The notes below the pieces were generated by a model, which made no database searches, was not told the origin of the DNA, and was given only the letters and a program-made list of their open reading frames with translations. From Squalus acanthias (Eukaryota), in NCBI GenBank assembly GCA_030390025.1, contig CM059433.1, positions 15,192,001 to 15,256,000 on the forward strand: DNA of 64,000 bases. The letters run 5' to 3'. Position numbers and translations under genes: made by a program. Of the stretch, positions 21,802-34,900 are shown piece by piece. The number at the start of each line of letters is the position of its first letter. Positions within the stretch are counted from its first letter, which is position 1.

Positions 21802-21921
21802 CTGGGCCTTGTGTACAGACCCAGATACAGCTGCTTGTCTCCAGCAGAGAACAGGCTGTGACTGAGTTATGTTGCCAGGCTGAGGCTGTTCAGGGTGGTT
21901 GCTACCAATCTGTGCCACCTC
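21802..21921 (-). other. Candidate 120-nt internal exon of an unidentified gene
   Basis: Minus strand CTAATCATTTCAG|GAG...CCAG|GTACAA; frame 0 is open (EVAQIGSNHPEQ...VHKAQ). Confidence 0.3.
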
Positions 21922-22084
21922 CTGAAATGATTAGGTTTAGGAACAATCTTCAGTCAGCACTGCCCTTGGCCGAACTGGTCTATGCCGGCGTTTATGCTCC
22001 ACTCGAGCCAATGTTATACATTAATCTCTTAAACATCATAAATATGTCTGAAGTACATACTAGCTTACTAAATACAACTTTCAG

Positions 22085-22525
22085 GACAGACTGAACAGCC
22101 TGGGGCTCTTTTCTCTAGAAAAGAGAAGGCCGAGGGGTGATCTGATCGAGGTCTTGAAAATTAAGAAGAGGTTTGAGAGGGGTAGACGTGGAGAAGATGT
22201 TTCCACTTGTGGTGGAGTCCAGAACTAGGGGCCATCAATATAAGATAGTCACTAATAAATCCAATAAGGAATTCAGGAAAATCTTCTTTACTCAGAGAGT
22301 AGCAAGAATGTGGAACTCACCACCACAAGGAGTATGTGAAGACAATAGCTTGGATGCATTTAAGGGGAAGCTAGATAAGCACATGAGGGAGAAAGGAACA
22401 GAAGGACATGCTGTTAGGGTGAGATGAAGTAAAGTGGGAGAAGGCTCATGTGGAGCATAAACACCGGAATCAGTTGGGCAAAATAGCCTGTTTCTGTGCT
22501 GCAAATTCTACGTAATTCTACATCT
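22085..22525 (+). mobile_element. CR1 LINE 3' fragment
   Basis: RGDLIEV..MFPLV.ESRTRGH..FFTQRV..WNS..FKGKLD; octamer-like tail AATTCTACGTAATTCTAC. Confidence 0.85.
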
Positions 22526-22981
22526 AATAAATTACACCAATTTATCTTAATATATCTCAAAGCTAAATATACATTGATTTTGTGTTGACACCTGAGGGCA
22601 TTTTCTCCAAGCCACTGACTGGGCTAATACCACTGAACGGGTAAGTTGAATCAGTGAATGAGTCTGGATATAGTTCAGTGTTTTTGGGTGAATGAAGAGA
22701 AAGCAGGAACTGTCACTTCGACTCTTTTCAAAAGGAGAAACTGAATTGAATGAACAGAATCAAGGCTGATTTCAGTACCTGTTTTTTAATTAAATGGGAA
22801 GATTTGGAAAGGTTGACTGACAGAGGCTTTGATTCAAGTTATGGTGGAGAACAGAAAAAAGGATAAATCAGGTCCTCAAATAATACTGGGAGCTTTGTTA
22901 TGAATACAAAATGCTAGACACAGTGTAGGCAAGTCAAACATACACTCAGAGCTACCTCAGATTCATGTGGGAAAAAATAAA

Positions 22982-25900
22982 TGGCCAGTGTATTGATCAC
23001 TTTAACCACTGGCCAGTGTATTGATCACTTTAACCCCTGGCCAGTGTATTGATCACTTTAACCCCTGGCCAGTGTATTGATCACTTTAACCTCTGGCCAG
23101 TGTATTGATCACTTTAACCCCTGGCCAGTTTATTGATCACTTTAACCCCTGGCCAGTGTATTGATCACTTTAACCACTGGCCAGTGTATTGATCACTTTA
23201 ACCACTGGCCAGTTTATTGATCACTTTAACCCCTGGCCAGTGTATTGATCACTTTAACCTCTGGCCAGTGTATTGATCACTTTAACGCCTGGCCAGTGTA
23301 TTGATCACTTTAACCCCTGGCCAATGTATTGATCACTTTATCCCCTGGCCAGTGTATTGATCACTTTAACCCCTGGCCAGAGTATTGATCACTTTAACCC
23401 CCCGGCCAGTGTATTGATCACTTTAACCGCTGGCCAATGTATTGATCACATTAACCCCTGGCCAGTTTATTGATCACTTTAACCCCTGGCCAGTGTATTG
23501 ATCACTTTAACCTCTGGCCAGTATATTTATCACTTTAAGCCCTGGTCAGTTTATTGATCACTTTAACCCCTGGCCAGTGTATTGATCACTTTAACCCTTG
23601 GCCAGTGTATTGATCACTTTAACCCCTGGCCAGTGTATTGATCACTTTAACCCCTGTCCAGTGTATTGATCACTTTAACCCCTTTCCAGTGTATTGATCA
23701 CTTTAACCCCTTTCCAGTGTATTGATCACTTTAACCCCTTTCCAGTGTATTGATCACTTTAACCCCTGGCCAGTGTATTGATCACATTAACCTCTAGCCA
23801 GTTTATTGATCACTTTAACCCCTGTCCGGTGTATTGATCACTTTAACCCCTGTCCGGTGTATTGATCACTTTCACCCCTGGCTAGTGTATTGATCTCTTT
23901 CACCCCTGGCTAGTGTATTGATCACTTTAACCCCCGGCCAGTGTATTGATCACTTTAACCCCTGGCCAGTGTATTGATCACTTTAACCCCTGGCCAGAGT
24001 ATTGATCACTTTAACCCCAAGCCAGTGTATTGATCACTTTAACCCCTGGCCAGTGTATTGATCACTTTAACCCCAAACCAGTGTATTGATCACTTTAACC
24101 CCTGGCCAGTTTATTGATCTCTTTCACCCCTGGACAGTGTATTGATCACTTTAACCCCTGGCCAGTGCATTGATCACTTTCACCCCTGGACAGTGTATTG
24201 ATCACTTTAACCCCTGGCCAGTTTATTGATCACATTAACCCCGAGCTGGTGTATTGATCACTTTAACCCCTGGCCAGTATATTGATCACTTTAACCCCTG
24301 GCCAGTGCATTGATCACTTTCACCCCTGGACAGTGTATTGATCACCTTAAACTCTGGCCAGTTTATTGATCTCTTTAACCACTGGCCAGTTTATTGATCA
24401 CTTTAACCTCTGGCCAGTGTATTGGTCACTTTAACCCCTGGCCAGTGTATTGATCACTTTAACCACTGGCCAGTTTATTGATCACTTTAACCCCTGGCCA
24501 GTTTATTGATCACTTTAACCCCTGGCCAGTTTATTGATCACTTTAACCACTGGCCAGTGTATTGATCACTTTAACCCCTGGCCAGTGTATTGATCACTTT
24601 AACCTCTGGCCAGTGTATTGATCACTTTAACGCCTGGCCAGTGTATTGATCACTTTAACTCCTGGCCAATGTATTGATCACTTTAACCCCTGGCCAGTGT
24701 ATTGATCACTTTATCCCCTGGCCAGTGTATTGATCACTTTAACCCCTGGCCAGTGCATTGATCACTTTCACCCCTGGACAGTGTATTGATCACCTTAAAC
24801 TCTGGCCAGTTTATTGATCTCTTTAACCACTGGCCAGTTTATTGATCACTTTAACCTCTGGCCAGTGTATTGGTCACTTTAACCCCTGGCCAGTGTATTG
24901 ATCACTTTAACCACTGGCCAGTTTATTGATCACTTTAACCCCTGGCCAGTTTATTGATCACTTTAACCCCTGGCCAGTTTATTGATCACTTTAACCACTG
25001 GCCAGTGTATTGATCACTTTAACCCCTGGCCAGTGTATTGATCACTTTAACCTCTGGCCAGTGTATTGATCACTTTAACGCCTGGCCAGTGTATTGATCA
25101 CTTTAACTCCCTGGCCAGTGTATTGATCACTTTAACCCCTGGCCAGTGTATTGATCACTTTAACCCCTGGCCAGTGTATTGATCACTTTAACCCCTGGCC
25201 AGTGTATTGATCACTTTAACCCCCGGCCAGTGTATTGATCACTTTAACCGCTGGCCAGTGTATTGATCACTTTAACCCCTGGCCAGTTTATTGATCACTT
25301 TAACCCCTGGCCAGTGTATTGATCACTTTAACCCCTGGCCAGTTTATTGATCACTTTAACCCCTGGCCAGTGTATTGATCACTTTAACCCCTGGCCAGTG
25401 TATTGATCACTTTAACCCCTGGCCAGTGTATTGATCACTTTAACCCCTGGCCATTGTATTGATCACTTTAACCCCTGGCCAGTGTATTGATCACTTTAAC
25501 CCCTGGCCAGTGTATTGATCACTTTAACCCCTGGCCAGTTTATTGATCACTTTAACCCCTGGCCAGTGTATTGATCACTTTAACCCCTGGCCAGTTTATT
25601 GATCACTTTAACCCCTGGCCAGTGTATTGATCACTTTAACCCCTGGCTGGTGTATTGATCACTTTAACCCCTGGCCAGTTTATTGATCACTTGAACCCCT
25701 GGCCAGTTTATTGATCACTTTAACCCCCGGCCTGTGTATTGATCACTTTAACCCCTGGCCAGTTTATTGATCACTTTAACCCCTGGCCAGTTTATTGATC
25801 ACTTTAACCCCCGGCCTGTGTATTGATCACTTTAACCCCTGGCCAGTTTATTGATCACTTTAACCCCTGGCCAGTGTATTGATCACTTTAACCCCTGGCT

Positions 25901-28900
25901 GGTGTATTGATCACTTTAACCCCTGGCCAGTGTATTGATCACTTTAACCCCTGGCCAGTGTATTGATCACTTTAACCTCTGCCAGTGTATTGATCACTTA
26001 AACCCCTGGCCTGTGTATTGATCACATTAACCCCTGGCCAGTGTATTGATCACTTTAACCCCCGGCCAGTGTATTGATCACTTTAACCCCCGGCCTGTGT
26101 ATTGATCACTTTAACCCCTGGCCAGTGTATTGATCACTTTAACCCCTGGCCAGTTTATTGATCACTTTAACCCCTGGCCGGTGTATTGATCACTTTAAAC
26201 CCTGGCCAGTTTATTGATCACTTTAACCCCTGGCCTGTGTATTGATCACTTTAACCCCTGGCTGGTGTATTGATCACTTTAACCCCTGGCCAGTGTATTG
26301 ATCACTTTAACCCCTGGCTGGTGTATTGATCACTTTAACCCCTGGCCAGTGTATTGATCACTTTAAACCCTGGCCAGTTTATTGATCACTTTAACCCCCG
26401 GCCAGTGTATTGATCACTTTAACCCCTGGCCAGTGTATTGATCACTTTAACCCCGGCCAGTGTATTGATCACTTTAACCCCTGGCAGGTGTATTGATCAC
26501 TTTAACCCCTGGCCAGTGTATTGATCACTTTAACCCCTGGCCAGTGTATTGATCACTTTAACCCCTGGCCAGTGTATTGATCACTTTAACCCCTGGCAGT
26601 GTATTGATCACTTTAACCCCTGGCCAGTGTATTGATCACTTTAACCCCTGGCTGGTGTATTGATCACTTTAACCCCTGGCCAGTGTATTGATCACATTAA
26701 CCCCTGGCCAGTGTATTGATCATTTTAACCCCCGGCCTGTGTATTGATCACTTTAACCCCTTGCCGGTGTATTGATCACTTTAAACCCTGGCCAGTTTAT
26801 TGATCACTTTAACCCCTGGCATGTGTATTGATCACTTTAAACCCTGGCCAGTTTATTGATCACTTTAACCCCTGGCCAGTGTATTGATCACTTTAACCTC
26901 TGGCCAGTTTATTGATCTCTTTAACCACTGGCCAGTTTATTGATCACTTTAACCTCTGGCCAGTGTATTGGTCACTTTAACCCCTGGCCAGTGTATTGGT
27001 CACTTTAACCCCTGGCCAGTGTATTGATCTCTTTAACCACTGGCCAGTTTATTGATCACTTTAACCCCTGGCCAGTGTATTGATCACTTTAACCACTGAC
27101 CAGTGTATTGATCACTTTAACGCCTGGCCAGTGTATTGATCACTTTAACCCCTGGCCAGTGTATTGATCACTTTAACCCCTGGCCAGTGTATTGATCACT
27201 TTAACCCCTGGCCAGTGTATTGATCACTTTAACCCTGGCCAGTGTATTGATCACTTTAACCCCTGGCCAGTGTATTGATCACTTTAACCCCTGGCCAGTG
27301 TATTGATCACTTTAACCCCTGGCCAGTGTATTGATCACTTTAACCCCTGGCCAGTGTATTGATCACTTTAACCCCCGGCCAGTGTATTGATCACTTTAAC
27401 CCCTGGCCAGTGTATTGATCACTTTAACCCCTGGCCAGTGTATTGATCACTTTAACCTCTGGCCAGTGTATTGATCACTTTAACCCTGGCCAGTTTATTG
27501 ATCACTTTAACCCCTGGCCAGTGTATTGATCACTTTAACCCCTGGCCAGTGTATTGATCACTTTAACCCTGGTCAGTTTATTGATCACTTTAACCCCTGG
27601 CCAGTGTATTGATCACTTTAACCCCTGGCCAGTGTATTGATCACTTTAACCCCTGTCCAGTGTATTGATCACTTTAACCCCTGTCCAGTGTATTGATCAC
27701 TTTAACCCCTGGCCAGTATATTGATCACATTAACCTCTAGCCAGTGTATTGATCACTTTAACCCCTGTCCGGTGTATTGATCACTTTAACCCCTGTCCGG
27801 TGTATTGATCACTTTAACCCCTGGCTAGTGTATTGATCACTTTAACCCCTGGCTAGTGTATTGATCACTTTAACCTCCGGCCAGTGTATTGATCACTTTA
27901 ACCCCTGGCCAGTGTATTGATCACTTTAACCCCTGGCCAGAGTATTGATCACTTTAACCCCAGGCCAGTGTATTGATCACTTTAACCCCTGGCCAGTGTA
28001 TTGATCACTTTAACCCCAGCCAGTGTATTGATCACTTTAACCCCTGGCCAGTTTATTGATCACTTTCACCCCTGGCCAGTGTATTGATCACTTTAACCCC
28101 TGGCCAGTGTATTGATCACTTTAACCCCTGGCCAGTGTATTGATCACTTTAACCCCTGGCCAGTTTATTGATCACTTTAACCCCTGGCAGTGTATTGATC
28201 ACTTTAACCCCTGGCCAGTGTATTGATCACTTTAACCCCTGGCCAGTGTATTGATCACTTTAACCCCTGGCCAGTGTATTGATCACTTTAACCCCTGGCC
28301 AGTGTATTGATCACTTTAACCCCTGGCCAGTGTATTGATCACTTTAACCCCTGGCCAGTGTATTGATCACTTTAACCCCTGGCCAGTGTATTGATCACTT
28401 TAACCCCTGGCCAGTTTATTGATCACTTTAACCCCCTGGCCAGTGTATTGATCACTTTAACCCCTGGCCAGTTTATTGATCACTTTAACCCCTGGCCAGT
28501 GTATTGATCACTTTAACCCCTGGCCAGTGTATTGATCACTTTAACCCCTGGCCAGTTTATTGATCACTTTAACCCCTGGCCAGTTTATTGATCACTTTAA
28601 CCCCGGCCTGTGTATTGATCACTTTAACCCCTGGCCAGTGTATTGATCACTTTAACCCGTGGCCAGTTTATTGATCACTTTAACCCCGGCCAGTGTATTG
28701 ATCACTTTAACCCCTGGCCAGTTTATTGATCACTTTAACCCCTGGCCAGTGTATTGATCACTTTAACCCCTGGCAGGTGTATTGATCACTTTAACCCCTG
28801 GCCAGTGTATTGATCACTTTAACCCCTGGCCAGGTGTATTGATCACTTTAACCCCTGGCCAGTGTATTGATCACTTTAACCCCTGGCCAGTGTATTGATC

Positions 28901-31900
28901 ACTTTAACCCCTGGCCAGTGTATTGATCACTTTAACCTCTGGCCAGTGTATTGATCACTTAAACCCCTGGCCAGTGTATTGATCACATTAACCCCTGGCC
29001 AGTGTATTGATCACTTTAACCCCGGCCAGTGTATTGATCACTTTAACCCTCGGCTAGTTTATTGATCACTTTAACCCCTGGCCAGTGTATTGATCACTTT
29101 AACCCTGGCCAGTTTATTGATCACTTTAACCCCTGGCAGTGTATTGATCACTTTAAACCTCTGGCCAGTTTATTGATCACTTTAACACCTGGCCAGTGTA
29201 TTGATCACTTTAACCCCTGGCCTGTGTATTGATCACTTTAACCCCTGGCCAGTGTATTGATCACTTTAACCACTGGCCGGTGTATTGATCAGTTTAACCC
29301 CTGGCCAGTGTATTGATCACTTTAACCTCGCCCAGTTTATTGATCACTTTAACCTCTGGCCGGTGTGTTGATCACTTTAACCCTTGGCCAGTGTATTGAT
29401 CATTTTAACCTCGGCCAGTTTATTGATCACTTTAACCCCTGGCCAGTGTATTGATCACTTTAACCCCTGGCCAGTGTATTGATCACTTTAACCCCTGGCC
29501 AGTTTATTGATCACTTTAACCCATGGCCAGTGTATTGATCACTTTAACCCCTGGCCAGTGTATTGATCACTTTAACCCCTGGCTAGTTTATTGATCACTT
29601 TAACCCCTGGCCAGTGTATTGATCACTTTAAACCCTGGCCAGTTTATTGATCACTTTAACCCCTGGCCAGTGTATTGATCACTTTAACCCCTGGCCAGTT
29701 TATTGATCACTTTAACCCCTGGCCAGTGTATTGATCACTTTAACCCTGGCCTGTGTATTGATCACTTTAACACCTGGCCAGTGTATTGATCACTTTAACC
29801 CCTGGCCAGTGTATTGATCACTTTAACCCCTGGCCAGTTTATTGATCACTTTAACCCCTGGCCAGTTTATTGATCACTTTAACCCCTGGCTAGTTTATTG
29901 ATCACTTTAACCCCTGGCCAGTGTATTGATCACTTTAACCCCTGGCCAGTTTATTGATCACTTTAACCCCTGGCCAGTGTATTGATCACTTTAACCCCTG
30001 GCCAGTTTATTGATCACTTTAACCCCTGGCCAGTGTATTGATCACTTTAACCCCTGGCCTGTGTATTGATCACTTTAACCCCTGGCCAGTGTATTGATCA
30101 CTTTAACCCCTGGCCAGTTTATTGATCACTTTAACCTCTGGCTAGTTTATTGATCACTTTAACCCGTGGCCAGTGTATTGATCACTTTAACCCCTGGCCA
30201 GTGTATTGATCACTTTAACCCCTGGCCAGTGTATTGATCACTTTAACCCCTGGCCAGTGTATTGATCACTTTAACCCCTGGCCAGTGTATTGATCACTTT
30301 AACCCCTGGCCAGTGTATTGATCACTTTAACCCCTGGCCAGTGTATTGATCACTTTAACCCCTGGCCAGTGTATTGATCACTTTAACCCCTGGCCAGTGT
30401 ATTGATCACTTTAACCCCTGGCCAGTGTATTGATCACTTTAACCCCTGGCCAGTGTATTGATCACTTTAACCCCTGGCCAGTGTATTGATCACTTTAACC
30501 CCTGGCCAGTGTATTGATCACTTTAACCCCTGGCCAGTGTATTGATCACTTTAAACCCTGGCCAGTGTATTGATCACTTAAACCTCTGGCCAATGTATTG
30601 ATCACTTTAACCCCTGGCCAGTGTATTGATCACTTTAACCCCTGGCCAGTGTATTGATCACATTAACCCCTGGCCAGTGTATTGATCACTTTAACCCCTG
30701 GCCAGTGTATTGATCACTTTAACCCCTGGCAAGTGTATTGATCACTTTAACCCCTAGCCAATGTATTGATCACTTTAACCACTGGCCAGTGTGTTGATCA
30801 CTTTAACCTCTGGCCAGTGTATTGATCACTTTAACCCCTAGCCAATGTATTGATCACTTTAACCACTGGCCAGTGTATTGATCACTTTAACCCCTGGCCA
30901 GTGTATTGATCATTTTAACCCCTAGCCAATGTATTGGTCACTTTAACCACTGGCCAGTGTATTGATCACTTTAACCCCTGGCCTGTGTATTGATCACTTT
31001 AAAGCCTGGCCAGTGTATTGATCACTTTAACCTCTGGCCAATGTATTGATCACTTTAACCCCTGGCCAGTGTATTGATCACTTTAACCCCTGGCCAGTGT
31101 ATTGATCACTTTAACCCCTGGCCAGTGTATTGATCACTTTAACCCCTGGCTGGTGTATTGATCACTTTAACCCCTGGCCGGTGTATTGATCACTTTAACC
31201 CCTGGCCGGTGTATTGATCACTTTAACCCATGTCGAGTGTATTGATCACTTTAACCCCTGGCCAGTTTATTGATCACTTTAACCCGTGGCCAGTGTATTG
31301 ATCACTTTAACCCCTGGCCAGTTTATTGATCACTTTAACCCCTGGCCAGTTTATTGATCACTTTAACCCGTGGCCAGTGTATTGATCACTTTAACCCCTG
31401 GCCAGTTTATTGATCACTTTAACCCGTGGCCAGTGTATTGATCACTTTAACCCCTGGCCAGTTTATTGATCACTTTAACCCCTGGCCAGTTTATTGATCA
31501 CTTTAACCCGTGGCCAGTGTATTGATCACTTTAACCCCTGGCCAGTTTATTGATCACTTTAACCCCTGGCCAGTTTATTGATCACTTTAACCCGTGGCCA
31601 GTGTATTGATCACTTTAACCTCTGGCCAATGTATTGATCACTTTAACCCCTGGCCAGTGTATTGATCACTTTAACCCCTGGCCAGTGTATTGATCACTTT
31701 AACCCCTGGCCAGTGTATTGATCACTTTAACCCCTGGCCAGTGTATTGATCACTTTAACCCCTGGCCAGTGTATTGATCACTTTAACCCCTGGCCAGTGT
31801 ATTGATCACTTTAACCCCTGGCCAGTGTATTGATCACTTTAACCCCTGGCCAGTTTATTGATCACTTTAACCCCTGGCCAGTGTATTGATCACTTTAACC

Positions 31901-34900
31901 CCCGGCCAGTGTATTGATCACTTTAACCCCTGGCCAGTTTATTGATCACTTTAACCCCGGCCAGTGTATTGATCACTTTAACCCCTGGCCAGTGTATTGA
32001 TCACTTTAACCCCTGGCCAGTGTATTGATCACTTTAACCCCTGGCCAGTGTATTGATCACTTTAACCCCTGGCCGTGTATTGATCACTTTAACCCCTGGC
32101 CAGTGTATTGATCACTTTAACCCTGGCCAGTTTATTGATCACTTTAACCCCTGGCCAGTGTATTGATCACTTTAACCCCTGGCCAGTTTATTGATCACTT
32201 TAACCTCTGGCCAGTTTATTGATCACTTTAACCCCCGGCCAGTGTATTGATCACTTTAACCTCTGGCCAGTTTATTGATCACTTTAACCCTGGCCAGTGT
32301 ATTGATCACTTTAACCCCTGGCCAGTTTATTGATCACTTTAACCTCTGGCCAGTTTATTGATCACTTTAACCCCCGGCCAGTGTATTGATCACTTTAACC
32401 TCTGGCCAGTTTATTGATCACTTTAACCCCTGGCCAGTGTATTGATCACTTTAACCCCTGGCCAGTGTATTGATCACTTTAACCCCTGGCCAGTGTATTG
32501 ATCACTTTAACCCCTGGCCAGTGTATTGATCACTTTAACCCCTGGCCAGTGTATTGATCACTTTAACCCCTGGCCAGTGTATTGATCACTTTAACCCCTG
32601 GCCAGTGTATTGATCACTTTAACCCCTGGCCAGTGTATTGATCACTTTAACCCCTGGCCAGTGTATTGATCACTTTAACCCCTGGCCAGTGTATTGATCA
32701 CTTTAACCCCAGGCAGTGTATTGATCACTTTAACCCCTGGCCAGTGTATTGATCACTTTAACCCCTGGCCAGTGTATTGATCACTTTAACCCCTGGCCAG
32801 TGTATTGATCACTTTAACCCCTGGCCAGTGTATTGATCACTTTAATCCCTGGCGAGTGTATTGATCACTTTAACCCCTGGCCAGTGTATTGATCACTTTA
32901 ACCCCTGGCCAGTGTATTGATCACTTTAACCCCTGGCCAGTGTATTGATCACTTTAACCCCTGGCCTGTGTATTGATCACTTTAACCCCTGGCCAGTGTA
33001 TTGATCACTTTAACCCCTGGCCAGTGTATTGATCACTTTAACCCCTGGCCAGTGTATTGATCACTTTAACCCCTGGCCAGTGTATTGATCACTTTAACCC
33101 CTGGCCAGTGTATTGATCACTTTAACCCATGGCCAGTGTATTGATCACTTTAACCTCTGGCCAGTGTATTGATCACTTCAACCCCTGGCCAGTTTATTGA
33201 TCACTTTAACCCCTGGCCAGTGTATTGATCACTTTAACCCCTGGCCAGTGTATTGATCACTTTAACCCCGGCCAGTGTATTGATCACTTTAACCCCTGGC
33301 CAGTGTATTGATCACTTTAACCCCCGGTCAGTGTATTGATCACTTTAACCCCTGGCCAGTGTATTGATCACTTTAACCCCCGGTCAGTGTATTGATCACT
33401 TTAACCCCTGGCCAGTGTATTGATCACTTTAACCCCTGGCCAGTGTATTGATCACTTTAACCCCTGGCCAGTGTATTGATCACTTGAACCACTGGCCAGT
33501 GTATTGATCACTTTAACCCCTGGCCAGTGTATTGATCACTTTAACCCCTGGCCTGTGTATTGATCACTTTAACCCCTGGCCAGTGTATTGATCACTTTAA
33601 CCCCTGGCCAGTGTATTGATCACTTTAACCCCTGGCCAGTGTATTGATCACTTTAACCCCTGGCCAGTTTATTGATCACTTTAACCCCTGGCCAGTTTAT
33701 TGATCACTTTAACCCCTGGCCAGTGTATTGATCACTTTAACCCCTGGCCAGTGTATTGATCACTTTAACCCCTGGCCAGTGTATTGATCACTTTAACCCC
33801 TGGCCAGTTTATTGATCACTTTAACCCCTGGCCAGTGTATTGATCACATTAACCCCTGGCCAGTGTATTGATCACTTTAACCCCCGGCCAGTTTATTGAT
33901 CACTTTAACCCCTGGCCAATGAATTGATCAATTTAACCCCCCGGTCAGTGTATTGATCACTTGAACCCCTGGCCAGTGTATTGATCACTTTAACCCCCCG
34001 GCCAGTGTATTGATCACTTTAACCCCTGGCCAGTGTATTGATCACTTTAACCCCTGGCCAGTGTATTGATCACTTTAACCCCCGGCCAGTGTATTGATCA
34101 CTTTAACCCCTGGCCAGTGTATTGATCACTTTAACCCCTGGCCAGTGTATTGATCACTTTAACCCCTGGCCTGTGTATTGATCACTTTAACCCCTGGCCA
34201 GTGTATTGATCACTTTAACCCCTGGCCAGTGTATTGATCACTTTAACCCCTGGCCAGTGTATTGATCACTTTAACCCCTGGCCAGTGTATTGATCACTTT
34301 AACCCCTGGCCAGTGTATTGATCACTTTAACCCCTGGCCAGTGTATTGATCACTTTAACCCCTGGCCAGTTTATTGATCACTTTAACCCCTGGCCAGTGT
34401 ATTGATCACTTTAACCCCTGGCCAGTGTATTGATCACTTTAACCCCTGGCCAGTTTATTGATCACTTTAACCCCTGGCCAGTGTATTGATCACTTTAACC
34501 CCTGGCCAGTTTATTGATCACTTTAACCCCTGGCCAGTGTATTGATCACTTTAACCCCTGGCCAGTGTATTGATCACTTTAACCCCTGGCCAGTGTATTG
34601 ATCACTTTAACCCCTGGCCAGTGTATTGATCACTTTAACCCCTGGCCAGTGTATTGATCACTTTAACCCCTGGCCAGTGTATTGATCACTTTAACCCCTG
34701 GCTGGTGTATTGATCACTTTAACCCCTGGCCAATGTATTGATCACTTTAACCCCTGGCCAGTGTATTGAACACTTTAACCCCTGGCCAGTGTATTGATCA
34801 CTTTAACCTCTGCCCAGTGTATTGATCACATAAACCCCTGGCCTGTGTATTGATCACATTAACCCCTGGCCAGTGTATTGATCACTTTAACCCCCGGCCA

